Assembly: GCA_050248615.1 (NCBI GenBank)
Contig: JBFWSA010000002.1
Span: 1-64,000, forward strand
DNA: 64,000 nt
Direction: 5' to 3'
DNA from: Simkaniaceae bacterium
GTDB taxonomy: Bacteria > Chlamydiota > Chlamydiia > Chlamydiales > Simkaniaceae
Below are positions 39,638-49,677 of the stretch, piece by piece; the first letter of the stretch is position 1, and each line of letters opens with the position of its first letter. Under the pieces are notes generated by a model that saw nothing but the letters and a program-made list of their open reading frames with translations, did not search any database and was not told the DNA's origin. Made by a program: the position numbers and the translations under genes.

Positions 39638-40749
39638 CGCACTGCTTGGTTTTTAAATTCGTTATATTTTTCATCTACAAGGGCTTTAAATTTGATCCTA
39701 AAATGTTCTTCACGAAAATTTTCTGCATGTTTACGAATCAGTTTAGGGTCAAATTCCCGCTCTTCAAATGCCTGTACTGCTTCGATAATACTGGATACCG
39801 TTTGCTCTGGAAAAAATAGGCCCGATCGATTTTGTAAGACTGTTTCTAAAGCACCCCCTTTCCCATAGGCAATAACAGGAGTTCCACAAGCTTGGGCTTC
39901 AACGGGAAGAATTCCAAAATCTTCGAGAGCTGCAAAGACAAATCCTTTCGCATTTTGAAGATGTGTGCGTAGCACTTCATCCCTTTGATAGCCCAAGAGT
40001 TCCACATTCTTTTTAGCTTTTTCTTTGATCTTTTCATAATCAGGCCCTTCTCCGATCACAACCAGTTTTTTGTCGGGCATCTTTCCAAAAGCTTCCACAA
40101 TTAAATCGATCTTTTTATAGGGGACAAAACGGGAAGCTGTGACGTAATAATTCTCTTTTTTTTCAACCAAGTTAAAATAATCGACATCAACGGGGGGATA
40201 AAGCACTTGAGCTTCTTTCTGGTAGAGGTTTTTAATACGGCGCGCCACATAGTTTGAGTTGGCAACATAAGCATTCACCCTTGAAGAGGAGTGGGCATCC
40301 CACATCCGTAAATAGTGAAGAAAAAACTTAGCGACAACCCCTTTCAATCCACTTTTGAGTTCTGATTCACGTAAATATTGCTGATAGAGATCCCAAGCAT
40401 AACGCATCGGAGTGTGACAATAACAAATATGCATCTGGTCCGCATGGGTAAGGACTCCCTTAGCAATAGAATGAGAGGAGGAGATCACGAGGTCATAACC
40501 CGAAAGATCAAACTGTTCAATCGCAATCGGGAAAAAAGGGAGATAGGAGCGGTATTTCTTTCGTGCTCGGGGAAGCTTTTGAATAAAAGAGGTCTTCACT
40601 TGCATGCCTTCAAATGGAGTTCCTCTCAACTTTTTTGTATCTTTGACTAAAGTATAAAGATCAGAGGGAAATGTTTTTGCAAGGGACTCTAAAACCTTTT
40701 CGGCTCCGCCAACCGTTGTGAGCCAATCATGTATAAGGGCAACTTTCAT
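39634..40749 (-). CDS. GT4 glycosyltransferase (WbaZ-like mannosyltransferase)
   Basis: HDWLTTVGGAEKV, YCHTPMRYAWD and EDFGILPVEAQACG motifs. Confidence 0.9.
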   Translation of the reverse strand: MKVALIHDWLTTVGGAEKVLESLAKTFPSDLYTLVKDTKKLRGTPFEGMQVKTSFIQKLPRARKKYRSYLPFFPIAIEQFDLSGYDLVISSSHSIAKGVLTHADQMHICYCHTPMRYAWDLYQQYLRESELKSGLKGVVAKFFLHYLRMWDAHSSSRVNAYVANSNYVARRIKNLYQKEAQVLYPPVDVDYFNLVEKKENYYVTASRFVPYKKIDLIVEAFGKMPDKKLVVIGEGPDYEKIKEKAKKNVELLGYQRDEVLRTHLQNAKGFVFAALEDFGILPVEAQACGTPVIAYGKGGALETVLQNRSGLFFPEQTVSSIIEAVQAFEEREFDPKLIRKHAENFREEHFRIKFKALVDEKYNEFKNQAVR

Positions 40750-41816
40750 TGTAATAGCTTCCTAATCAATTCGAGGTGTTTCTGAGCTGTCTCTTTCCAT
40801 AAAAATGTTTTCGCATGCTCTTTCCCCTTTTCGATCCATTTTTTTCTCAGGGTCTCCTCTCTCCAAAAAGCTTGCATCCCCTGTGCGATCGCAAAAGAGT
40901 CCAAAGGTTCTACGTAGTATACCGCATCTTTACAAACTTCTTCAAGACTCGGAATCTTGGATACAATCGCTGGACACCCTGCACTCATCGCTTCTAGAGG
41001 AGGAAGTCCAAACCCCTCATAGAGGGAGGGAAAAACCAAAGCAAACGCTTGCGCATAGAGGCGAGATAAATCCTCTTCTGGAACATGCCCCAAAATTTTC
41101 ACCCTTTTCTCAAGATCAGGAAAATGGACCAGCCACTTGTTGACGTCCTCCACATGGCGTAAGCCCTTACCACTTCCTACAATCAACAAATCACAATCCG
41201 CTTTTGTCTCTGAAAGAAAATGGGAAAATCCCTCTAACACTCCCTTGAGATTCTTATGAGTTTTTTGATTTCCCACAAAGAGAAAATATTTTCTTGGGCT
41301 ACGCTCCTCTGTCGGATAAAAAAGATCTCCATCTACTCCATTAGGAATAACGGTGATTTGACTTTCTCGAGCCTTTGTCAATCTCAGGAGTTCTCTCTTA
41401 GAAAATTCCGATACGGTAATAATCTGGTCGCTTTTTGCAATTGCTTGAGAAGTAAAGAGATGGGCATACATTCTTTCCAAAAAACCTAAACGGGAAGCCT
41501 GGGCCAAATGAAAGACATCAGGGAGAGTCACTAATCGTTTCTTTGCTCGGATGGGGAAAAGAGGAATGTTAAAATGAGGGGTCCAAAAAAGATCACACTT
41601 AGGAATGATAAAAGGGAGTTTCACTTGCTCTTGAATCGAATAGTCGGGAACGCCACACCGGAAGATCTCGATCCCCTCATGCTGGAAATTGCAAGTTGGG
41701 GGAACGAGAAGGGTCATTTTCAGATCGTCAAAAGAAAAATGTTTGAGAAGATTGCGAAGATAGGTCCCAATCCCCCCGATTTCTATTTTTCTTGCATCTA
41801 AACAGACCGTTTTCAT
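40746..41816 (-). CDS. GT4 glycosyltransferase (MtfB-like)
   Basis: GGIGTY and FPSLYEGFGLPPLEAM motifs. Confidence 0.9.
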   Translation of the reverse strand: MKTVCLDARKIEIGGIGTYLRNLLKHFSFDDLKMTLLVPPTCNFQHEGIEIFRCGVPDYSIQEQVKLPFIIPKCDLFWTPHFNIPLFPIRAKKRLVTLPDVFHLAQASRLGFLERMYAHLFTSQAIAKSDQIITVSEFSKRELLRLTKARESQITVIPNGVDGDLFYPTEERSPRKYFLFVGNQKTHKNLKGVLEGFSHFLSETKADCDLLIVGSGKGLRHVEDVNKWLVHFPDLEKRVKILGHVPEEDLSRLYAQAFALVFPSLYEGFGLPPLEAMSAGCPAIVSKIPSLEEVCKDAVYYVEPLDSFAIAQGMQAFWREETLRKKWIEKGKEHAKTFLWKETAQKHLELIRKLLQ

Positions 41817-41855
41817 CCATAAATACTAGGGAGATTTTAGATTAAATTTCTACCT

Positions 41856-42019
41856 GAACCTATCCCACTAATCTATTTAAGGGGATTTTTTTAGATTTTT
41901 CTTGAAGATTTTTTCCCTTCATTTTGAGGACATTGTCCAAGAGACAAGGCCTCAAAATGAAGGGAAAAATCAGCAGAAAAGGCAAAAAAATACTGGAAAT
42001 GGATTAGTGGGATAGGTTC
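41856..42019. mobile_element. Palindromic MITE-like element, family E (164 bp)
   Basis: 18-bp perfect TIR GAACCTATCCCACTAATC / GATTAGTGGGATAGGTTC; inner hairpin TTTTTCCCTTCATTTTGAGG / CCTCAAAATGAAGGGAAAAA. Confidence 0.88.
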
Positions 42020-42102
42020 CTAAAAATCTATTTGTTAGTGAATTTTTTTTTTAGGATCGGTTACCCTATTCAAACGACTTCGGTACACAAAAGGTAAACG
42101 TT

Positions 42103-44001
42103 ATGAAAAACTTTTTTTTTATTGCCCCCTTGATTCTTTTCAGTCAGTTGTTTGGAACAGGGACCTTTCCCCCTTTTCAAACGGAAGATGAGGTGACCGC
42201 TATTGTCTCTTTTTTAGTTTCAGATGGTAACTTTCAAGAAGAGAGTGGTACAGGGGTGACTTATGTGGGAACAACAGAGGCTCTTTCTGGTGTCAGACTC
42301 CCCTTAAGTTACTATAGTACTGTTGCCTATTGGGGAGAGTATGTCCCAACAACAGTCACTCCCTCACAAGGAAGCCCCTTAGATGTAACAGATACGTTTC
42401 ATAGTGATTACACACTGACCCCTGATCCCAATACAACGGGCGGCAAACTTCAAACAGAAAGACTGAATGTCTACAATGGAACGGATATTTACGATGCAGC
42501 TTGTTGGCAAATTGGTCTCGCGGTTGCAGCCAAAGCAGGGATTCACCCCCCTTCAGGAATTGAAGGGCTTTTTGATCTTACCAATAACCAAAACCTCCTT
42601 CTCCAAATCGGCTATGATGGGAATATTCCTCCTACAAACCCTCCCCCCACAGAAGGAGCTAACCGTGCTGTCTCCAATCAAACCTTCGACTATTACGGAA
42701 ACACGATTAAAGATCCTAAAAATGCTTACTTTTTTCGGATGGTGACTCAGAATTGGCTTTCCACAGACCCTTTTATGGGAACTCCATATATCAGCCACAT
42801 TACAGCTGTGGGGCTTCCCTCGAATCCCCGCTATAAAGCCGGCATTGTAACGTGGATGGATTGGAAACCCATTACAGGAGAAAACGCATGGGCATTTTTC
42901 ATTGGGCCCCTCCAAACCGAACTGCTCAAACAACAATCCCAAGGAGCCGACTGTGTCCCTTTTAATGCGCCTGCAGTACAAAATGCGCTGAATGTCTTAG
43001 TCGCCTTTTCTTACATGCAGTCACCGTCAACAGGGGCGATGTACTATGCTGTAAAAGGATCTTTAGGAAACACTGGGAGTGGAACGGTAGACTACCAAGT
43101 GTCGACAGAGAACAATGCATCCACTCTAGCTGGACTCATTGTATTAAAAAAAATTCTCCAAGATGAACTGCAATACGATCCGAATTTAACTGCAGATCAA
43201 AAAAGTCAAATTCAAGAAGCTCTCGCCACCATTCAGATAATCATCTATGGAAAAGATGGCAAAAGTGGAATCTTAGGATACATGCAAAACTATGCTTGGG
43301 ACAAAACCCACGGGATCTTCTATCAAGGAGGAGTGGCAGATAAACCCGGCCAACCCACTTGGTCACCCACTGTGGAACCCAAAGCTGTTGATGTAAACAC
43401 TTGGGGCGTCTCCGTTCTAGGGCAACCTACCATTGATAGCTGGTTTGGATTTGGAACAGCCTATAATATTTGGCAAAACGTCAAAGAGTGGGGAGCCTTT
43501 TATGGCCCTCAAAATGCCCTTTGGGGTGTGGGATATTCTGACCAAGACAACAATGGAAAAGGAGGGGATTACCAAAAAGGAATCATCTCTGCTGAGTGGA
43601 CTGCTGGCGCCATTAATATGGTCCGTGTTTTGATCACGCAGTACACCGCTGTGGAGTCGTCTTCAAAATATTCCCCTCAAGAGCAGCAACAAGCAAAACA
43701 ATTTGTAGCAGCACTGCAAACCGATCATGATAGCATGGTGAAATACCTTCTCACCTTAAGAAGTGACCAGTATGCTGAAACAGAGGCCTACACTCCTGTG
43801 CGTCCAGAAAATTATAACACCCTGGTGCCTATTTCCTCTGGACAACTAGCCTTTATTTATGCTAGCAAACGGTATATGATTCCCTTTGGCTGGTTTGCTA
43901 ATCCCCTTCCTAGTACCACTTCCACTTCTTGGTCTTTAATGCTCCAATATAATTATAATCCCTTCAATCCTGACGGGACCTATGGAGCGTATACCTGGTA
44001 A
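42103..44001 (+). CDS. Secreted protein, probable six-hairpin (alpha/alpha)6 glycosidase-like fold
   Basis: Signal peptide; motif series YDAA, GENAW, STENN, AVDVNTW, AEWT, P..STSW. Confidence 0.5.
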   Translation: MKNFFFIAPLILFSQLFGTGTFPPFQTEDEVTAIVSFLVSDGNFQEESGTGVTYVGTTEALSGVRLPLSYYSTVAYWGEYVPTTVTPSQGSPLDVTDTFHSDYTLTPDPNTTGGKLQTERLNVYNGTDIYDAACWQIGLAVAAKAGIHPPSGIEGLFDLTNNQNLLLQIGYDGNIPPTNPPPTEGANRAVSNQTFDYYGNTIKDPKNAYFFRMVTQNWLSTDPFMGTPYISHITAVGLPSNPRYKAGIVTWMDWKPITGENAWAFFIGPLQTELLKQQSQGADCVPFNAPAVQNALNVLVAFSYMQSPSTGAMYYAVKGSLGNTGSGTVDYQVSTENNASTLAGLIVLKKILQDELQYDPNLTADQKSQIQEALATIQIIIYGKDGKSGILGYMQNYAWDKTHGIFYQGGVADKPGQPTWSPTVEPKAVDVNTWGVSVLGQPTIDSWFGFGTAYNIWQNVKEWGAFYGPQNALWGVGYSDQDNNGKGGDYQKGIISAEWTAGAINMVRVLITQYTAVESSSKYSPQEQQQAKQFVAALQTDHDSMVKYLLTLRSDQYAETEAYTPVRPENYNTLVPISSGQLAFIYASKRYMIPFGWFANPLPSTTSTSWSLMLQYNYNPFNPDGTYGAYTW

Positions 44002-44009
44002 TGAAAAAT

Positions 44010-44034
44010 AGGCCCCAAAAACTTGGGGCTTTTC
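44010..44034 (+). terminator. Intrinsic terminator
   Basis: GCCCCAA-aaac-TTGGGGC then TTTT. Confidence 0.65.
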
Positions 44035-44089
44035 CTCTTGCAAAAATGGATATTCTGGATTAAAGTGGAAGTTTTCAAGGAATCATCTT

Positions 44090-44911
44090 ATGCATGTTTT
44101 TATTCCTGGAGGAGCAGGATATGTTGGCTCTCTCCTCATCCCTGCACTCATTGAAGCAGGATATGAAGTCACGGTTTACGACCTATTCCTTCAAGGTGAA
44201 GCCATCTTTGAACCCATCCAAGATCACCCCAAGCTGTCACTGGTGAAAGGAGATGTACAGGATCTTAAGCTCATGGAAGAGGCCTTAAACGGGTGTGAAA
44301 CTATTCTCCATTTAGCCTGTAGTTTAGAAAATCTTGAAACGACCTCTTTTGAATCCTTTGTACAAATTGCCAAAAGAAAAATCGCTAACCGTTTTATTTT
44401 CACCTCTTCTTTTGCTGTTTACGGAAATGTAAAAAATAGGACAGAGGAAGCTTCTCCTTATCCTCTATCTTCTTATGGTAAGTATAAAAATGCCTGTGAA
44501 AAAATCTTAATGGAGCATAATAACACCCGCTTTTCCTGCTCAATCCTACGCCTCGGAAGTGTTTTTGGTGCAGCTCCTGGATGGCGTCCTCAAAGGAATC
44601 CTGTAGAAACAGGTCCGTTTGAACATTCCCCCTGGCTCCATATTCGCGATTTAGTTGAAGTCTATCTGCAGCTTCTTAAAACTCCCTCACATCAAACAAA
44701 TGGGGAAATTTATAATGTGGGATACCATTCCCTTTCTCCCACAAAAATCCTAGGCCAAGAAGAAGTTTTCCCCTTCTCTTCAAAAAAAATTGAAAAACTC
44801 TTGAACTTTTCGCCTCGCTTTTCATTAGAAGAGGTGAAGGAATCGGCTGAAGAAAATCCCCTCACCGAGCTCCTCAAAAGACAAAAAAGTAGAGCCGCCT
44901 ACCGCTATTAA
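44090..44911 (+). CDS. NAD-dependent epimerase/dehydratase (SDR), apparently shortened
   Basis: GGAGYVG and YGKYK motifs; 273 aa. Confidence 0.8.
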   Translation: MHVFIPGGAGYVGSLLIPALIEAGYEVTVYDLFLQGEAIFEPIQDHPKLSLVKGDVQDLKLMEEALNGCETILHLACSLENLETTSFESFVQIAKRKIANRFIFTSSFAVYGNVKNRTEEASPYPLSSYGKYKNACEKILMEHNNTRFSCSILRLGSVFGAAPGWRPQRNPVETGPFEHSPWLHIRDLVEVYLQLLKTPSHQTNGEIYNVGYHSLSPTKILGQEEVFPFSSKKIEKLLNFSPRFSLEEVKESAEENPLTELLKRQKSRAAYRY

Positions 44912-44986
44912 CCTGAGTTTTGGGTTTTTTTCTCTTGCATACAAAAACAGATTCATGGGATTTTAAACCCCTAAAAGATGTAGCTT

Positions 44987-45955
44987 ATGGAAAATGAAAG
45001 CTTAGAACTCGATCTATTTTTTGAGATCCTACGGATTCGAAGAATTGAAGAAACCATTGCTGATCGCTATGCAGAACAGAAGATGCGTTGCCCCATGCAT
45101 TTTAGTATCGGACAAGAAGCGATCGCTGTGGGAGTCTGTAAAGCGCTTGAAAAAAAAGATGCGATCATCAGTCACCATCGTTGTCATGCCCACTATCTTG
45201 CCAAGGGGGGTAACCTCAATAAAATGATTGCGGAGCTCCATGGGAAAAAAACAGGATGCTCTTTTGGAAGAGCAGGCTCCATGCATCTTGTCGATTTAAA
45301 TGCGGGAATGTATGGTTCGACAGCCATTGCTGCCAATACTATCCCTATTGGAGTCGGTTTAGCACTAGCTTCCTCCCTAAAAAATGAAAAAGAGATCACA
45401 ACGATCTTCTTTGGAGATGGCGCAACAGAAGAAGGGGCTTTTGCAGAAAGCCTCAATTTTGCCTCCCTGAAAAGCCTCCCCACCCTGTTTATTTGTGAAA
45501 ACAACCTTTACTCCATGTACTCCCCTCTTTCAGCGCGGCAAAGCAAAAAACGCGATCGCGTTAAAATCGCACAAGCGAATGGTCTTTTTGCCTCCCATGG
45601 AAATGGGAATGATGTAGAAGAGGTTTATCGACTCACTCAAGAAGCCATCCATCATATCCGAACCCAAAAAGAACCCGCCTTTATTGAGCTGGATACTTAC
45701 CGTTTCCGCAGCCACGTGGGTCCTAAAGAAGATGGTGAAGAGTGCCGCCCAGAGGCAGAAGTCAAAGCATGGAAAAACACCTGTCCCCTCAAAGTTTATG
45801 AGAAAAAACTCCTTGATCAAAACATTTTGACCTCTGCAATCTTAGAGTCAATGGAAGCAAAAGTAGCTGCAGAAATCGAATATGCTTTCTCCTTTGCCGA
45901 AGAAAGCCCCTATCCTGAGTTTGATCTTGATTATGAAAAACCCTATGCAGAGTAA
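44987..45955 (+). CDS. TPP-dependent dehydrogenase E1 alpha subunit
   Basis: IGQEAIAVG, HRCHAHYLAKG, FGDGATEEG...CENN and YRFRSH motifs. Confidence 0.92.
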   Translation: MENESLELDLFFEILRIRRIEETIADRYAEQKMRCPMHFSIGQEAIAVGVCKALEKKDAIISHHRCHAHYLAKGGNLNKMIAELHGKKTGCSFGRAGSMHLVDLNAGMYGSTAIAANTIPIGVGLALASSLKNEKEITTIFFGDGATEEGAFAESLNFASLKSLPTLFICENNLYSMYSPLSARQSKKRDRVKIAQANGLFASHGNGNDVEEVYRLTQEAIHHIRTQKEPAFIELDTYRFRSHVGPKEDGEECRPEAEVKAWKNTCPLKVYEKKLLDQNILTSAILESMEAKVAAEIEYAFSFAEESPYPEFDLDYEKPYAE

Positions 45956-45960
45956 GTCGT

Positions 45961-47034
45961 ATGGAAAGAGAGCTCAAGTTTAATGAATCCTTACTCGAAG
46001 CCCATACCCAGTTATTAGAAACAGATCCTTCTGTTTTTCTTTTGGGTCAAGGCGTTGTAGACCCCAAAGGGGCCTATGGAACAACAATTGGTCTTGAAGA
46101 AAAGTTCGGGAAAGAACGGGTAATGAATACCCCTTTCTCAGAAAATGCCATCATGGGGATTGCTATCGGGGCTGCGATTAAGGGAATGCGTCCCATTCTC
46201 ACCTTTAAACGGGTGGACTTTCTCCTCCTTGCTATGGATCAGCTCATCAATAACGCGTCGAAGTGGTACTACATGTTTGGGGATCAAATGAAGGTCCCTC
46301 TCGTACTACGTCTCGTCATTGGAAGAGGATGGGGACAAGGCCCCCAACACTCTCAATCTCTTCATGGCCTTTTTGCAGCGATTCCCGGATTAAAAGTGGT
46401 CATGCCCTCTACCCCTTACGATGCCAAAGGGCTTCTCATCAGTGCCACAAAAGATAATAATCCTGTTGTTTTTCTTGAACACCGTTGGCTCCATCACACC
46501 CATGGCCCTGTTCCTGAAGAAATGTACGAGGTTCCCATTGGAAAAGCTCACATCATCCAACAAGGGAATGATCTGACATTAGTCACATGTTCTCATATGT
46601 CACTTGAAGGAAGGAAAGCTTGTAAAATCCTTGAAGAACAGGGCGTCTCTGTGGAGCATATCGATCTCCGTAGTGTCAAGCCGCTTGACAAAGAGACCCT
46701 TATTAAATCTGTACGCAAAACCGGAAGACTCCTTGTCGCTGATCCCGACTGGAAATCTTGCGGAGTTGCTGCTGAGGTCATTGCCTCACTTTCGGAAGAG
46801 GCCTTTAATGATTTCAAAGCCCCTCCAGCCCGTGTCACCTATCCCGATCGTCCCAGTCCTTCCAGCTGGGCCCTTGCCAACCACTACTATCCCTCCGCCA
46901 AATCAATCGCCCTCCAAGCCTTCCGCACCCTCCGCATGCCCTCCAAAGCACAACACATCCTTGAAAAACTTCTCGAGCACCGCAATTCTGCCCCCCTCGA
47001 CGTCCCCGACGCCTCCTTCACCGGCCCCTTCTAA
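45961..47034 (+). CDS. TPP-dependent dehydrogenase E1 beta subunit
   Basis: TPFSEN, GMRP, GPQHSQ, PYDAKGLL and IDLRSVKPLD motifs. Confidence 0.92.
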   Translation: MERELKFNESLLEAHTQLLETDPSVFLLGQGVVDPKGAYGTTIGLEEKFGKERVMNTPFSENAIMGIAIGAAIKGMRPILTFKRVDFLLLAMDQLINNASKWYYMFGDQMKVPLVLRLVIGRGWGQGPQHSQSLHGLFAAIPGLKVVMPSTPYDAKGLLISATKDNNPVVFLEHRWLHHTHGPVPEEMYEVPIGKAHIIQQGNDLTLVTCSHMSLEGRKACKILEEQGVSVEHIDLRSVKPLDKETLIKSVRKTGRLLVADPDWKSCGVAAEVIASLSEEAFNDFKAPPARVTYPDRPSPSSWALANHYYPSAKSIALQAFRTLRMPSKAQHILEKLLEHRNSAPLDVPDASFTGPF

Positions 47035-47068
47035 CAAGAAATTTGCAGCAACCTTATATAATAAAGTT

Positions 47069-47953
47069 ATGACTCTTTTAAAAACCCGATCTTTTCTTTG
47101 TTATAGATTTTTTCCTTTTTGGTTTTTTTTTATTTGTAACTTCTCAAAAATCTATGGAAAATACTGCCTGATTAGTACAGAACACTTTCCAACGATTGGT
47201 ATGTTTGCTGCAACAAATTTAGTTATAGGGCAAATTCATTTGTATGAAAGAGGAAATTTACCTGATTATCAAGGATTAAAAGTAGATTTTGGTCAGCATG
47301 GTCTTTATTACGAATCTGATCATGGTCCAAATTGGTGGAGTTATTTTTTTGAGCCGGTTTCTCTTGGAATAACCTCTTCTTCTCCTTTCTATATGTCCTG
47401 GGAGGAAGGGTGTGATGCTTTTCGAGCAAAAAGTGCTTTACCTAGAGAAAAAGCTATTACGTTGGTCAAAAAATATATTCGAATTCAACCACATATTCAA
47501 AAAAAGGTAGAATGCTTTGTAGAAGATCATTTTTATGGAGATTATATAATAGGCGTTCATTATCGAGGCACTGACAAGCACTCTGAAGCTCCTAGAGTAG
47601 ATTACAATGTTATCATTGCTGCAGTAAGAGGTCAAATCCCTAAAGAAAAATCCTATCAAATTTTTGTTGCCAGTGATGAACAATCATTTGTAGAAAAGAT
47701 GCAACAAGAATTTTCTTCTCAAATCGTAACAAGAGATGTACATAGAGCTATAGGATTAGAGGGGGTTCATTTTTCTGATCATAATGGCTATCAATTGGGA
47801 GAAGAAGCTTTGATTGATTCACTATTACTTTCAAAGTGCGATCTATTGATTCGTACGAGCTCAAATCTTAGCTTATGGTCTACCTATTTCCAGCCTCATA
47901 TTCCTGTCATTTTATTGAGTGAGCGTTATGAAAAGTGTGCAGAGCCCGAATAA
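47069..47953 (+). CDS. NodZ/GT23-like fucosyltransferase
   Basis: IGVHYRGTDK, IFVASDE and IDSLLLSKCDLLIRTSSNLS motifs. Start moved to ATG 47069. Confidence 0.8.
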   Translation: MTLLKTRSFLCYRFFPFWFFFICNFSKIYGKYCLISTEHFPTIGMFAATNLVIGQIHLYERGNLPDYQGLKVDFGQHGLYYESDHGPNWWSYFFEPVSLGITSSSPFYMSWEEGCDAFRAKSALPREKAITLVKKYIRIQPHIQKKVECFVEDHFYGDYIIGVHYRGTDKHSEAPRVDYNVIIAAVRGQIPKEKSYQIFVASDEQSFVEKMQQEFSSQIVTRDVHRAIGLEGVHFSDHNGYQLGEEALIDSLLLSKCDLLIRTSSNLSLWSTYFQPHIPVILLSERYEKCAEPE

Positions 47954-47980
47954 TAAGGACGATAGGCATGTAGAAGCACT

Positions 47981-49600
47981 TTATTGAATATGTAATTGAT
48001 GATCCATCAAAGCGGCAATTTTCTTCTGATGAGTAATGACTAGAAGGGCGCGCTTTTTTGCAGCAGCAAGGACATTCTTAATCGTTGCAATTCCCATTTC
48101 TTCATCTAAGCTAGCTGTGGGTTCGTCAAGAATAAGAATAGGACTTTGTTTTAGAAGAGCTCTTGCAATGGCTATTCTTTGTTTTTGCCCTCCAGAAAGT
48201 TTGTCGCCTCTATCTCCTACAATCGTATCTAGCCCTAAAGGAAGGGCCTCAATAAAGGAATAACAGTTAGATGTTTTAAGGGCTTTTAACACGTCTTCTT
48301 CAGAGGCTGAAAGATTCCCGTACAGCAAGTTATCCCGAATAGATCTGTGAAATAAAGAGGGGTTTTGGGGAACAACTGCAAACACATTTCGAACATCTAC
48401 CTGAGATAGGGCGTTGATTGAAGTTCCATCTATCTCTATCTTTCCAGTTTCTGCTTGGATATGGGACAATAAGAGATGTATTAAAGTGGTTTTTCCAGAA
48501 CCAGAAAGTCCAGTAATCGCAAGGCTTTTCCCAGGACTCAAAGAAAATGATAGATCTTTAATCAAAGGAGTGTCATAACCAAATGTCACATTCTTTAGTA
48601 AGAGGTGTCCTTTAGGAATAAAAGATTGATTCTTTGCTTTCTCCTCTGGAATTTCTGAAAATAACACCTCAAGGTTCTCCTTTACTCTTCCAAACTCTTC
48701 CTTAAAACGGATTACTTCCATGCTTAAATACCAAAGGAAACTTGTAAGATTTAATAACAACATAATCACGAGAGTCAGGGATCCTAAAGAGAGCACTTCT
48801 TTTTCCCATTCTAAATAACTAAGAGTGAGAGTGGTTATGAGCATTACGAGACTGGATCCCCCTAGAACCCATCGTACTTTTTCTAGGTAATCTTGAGCTT
48901 TTTGAGTGGCGTTTAGTTCTTCATCAAGATAACTCTTGAGGTAGTTTGATTCATGGGTTTCTCTTGAGAATGTTTTTACGGCAAAAATATTGAACAAACT
49001 ATCCAAAATGCGTGCTTGAAGATTAGAACGAGCTTCTGCAGAAAGCTGAGTTTTTTCTAATGAGCGTAATCCCATTTTCCATGTTACCCAAAGATGAAAA
49101 GTTATCCAACATAGAAAAATTCCTCCCAGTTTTGGACTTATCAAGGTGATTAAGATTAGAGAAAAAAAGAGATGAGAAAGGATAGGAATAAAAGAGGAGA
49201 GATAGATTGACAAAAGATTTTCACTTCCTAGAACTGCTCCTTGAATTTTATCTGCTAAATTTCCTGAAAAGTGTCTTTTAAAAAACGAAAGGGGGTACTC
49301 GTTGACATGATTTGTAAGCTTTTCATACAGAGCTGTGCGAATTGGTGGTAGGGTACGAATAAGAAGTCTTCCTTGGATGCGCATGCAGATTTCCATAACT
49401 CCCCAGGCAATCACAATGAGAATCATCGATTGAAAAATAACTTTAGGAAGAACTTCTGAGTAGTAAGTGGTGTCGATCATTTTTTTAACGAGATAAGGAG
49501 TTAAAATGTCTCGTAAGGACCAAAAAAAACCCAGGAAGACAATTAAGATCAATCTAGTTTTAAAAGGTCTGAGTGTTGAGAGGAGAGTAGATTTGAGCAT
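47981..49600 (-). CDS. ABC exporter, fused TMD-NBD
   Basis: About six TM segments; GLSGSGKT, LSGGQKQR, ILDEPT and THQ motifs. Confidence 0.92.
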   Translation of the reverse strand: MLKSTLLSTLRPFKTRLILIVFLGFFWSLRDILTPYLVKKMIDTTYYSEVLPKVIFQSMILIVIAWGVMEICMRIQGRLLIRTLPPIRTALYEKLTNHVNEYPLSFFKRHFSGNLADKIQGAVLGSENLLSIYLSSFIPILSHLFFSLILITLISPKLGGIFLCWITFHLWVTWKMGLRSLEKTQLSAEARSNLQARILDSLFNIFAVKTFSRETHESNYLKSYLDEELNATQKAQDYLEKVRWVLGGSSLVMLITTLTLSYLEWEKEVLSLGSLTLVIMLLLNLTSFLWYLSMEVIRFKEEFGRVKENLEVLFSEIPEEKAKNQSFIPKGHLLLKNVTFGYDTPLIKDLSFSLSPGKSLAITGLSGSGKTTLIHLLLSHIQAETGKIEIDGTSINALSQVDVRNVFAVVPQNPSLFHRSIRDNLLYGNLSASEEDVLKALKTSNCYSFIEALPLGLDTIVGDRGDKLSGGQKQRIAIARALLKQSPILILDEPTASLDEEMGIATIKNVLAAAKKRALLVITHQKKIAALMDHQLHIQ

Positions 49601-49677
49601 TGTACAAGAGGGTTGTTTGATTATAAATAGAGTAATTATTCTTTTACTTTAAATGCAACTCATTCTAATTTTATAGT

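Noticed and set aside
46604..47068. Pro/Ser-rich N-terminal extension of the fucosyltransferase overlapping E1 beta
   Set aside because: It is an alternate-frame read of C-rich E1 beta codons; a plausible ATG with a hydrophobic leader lies at 47069.
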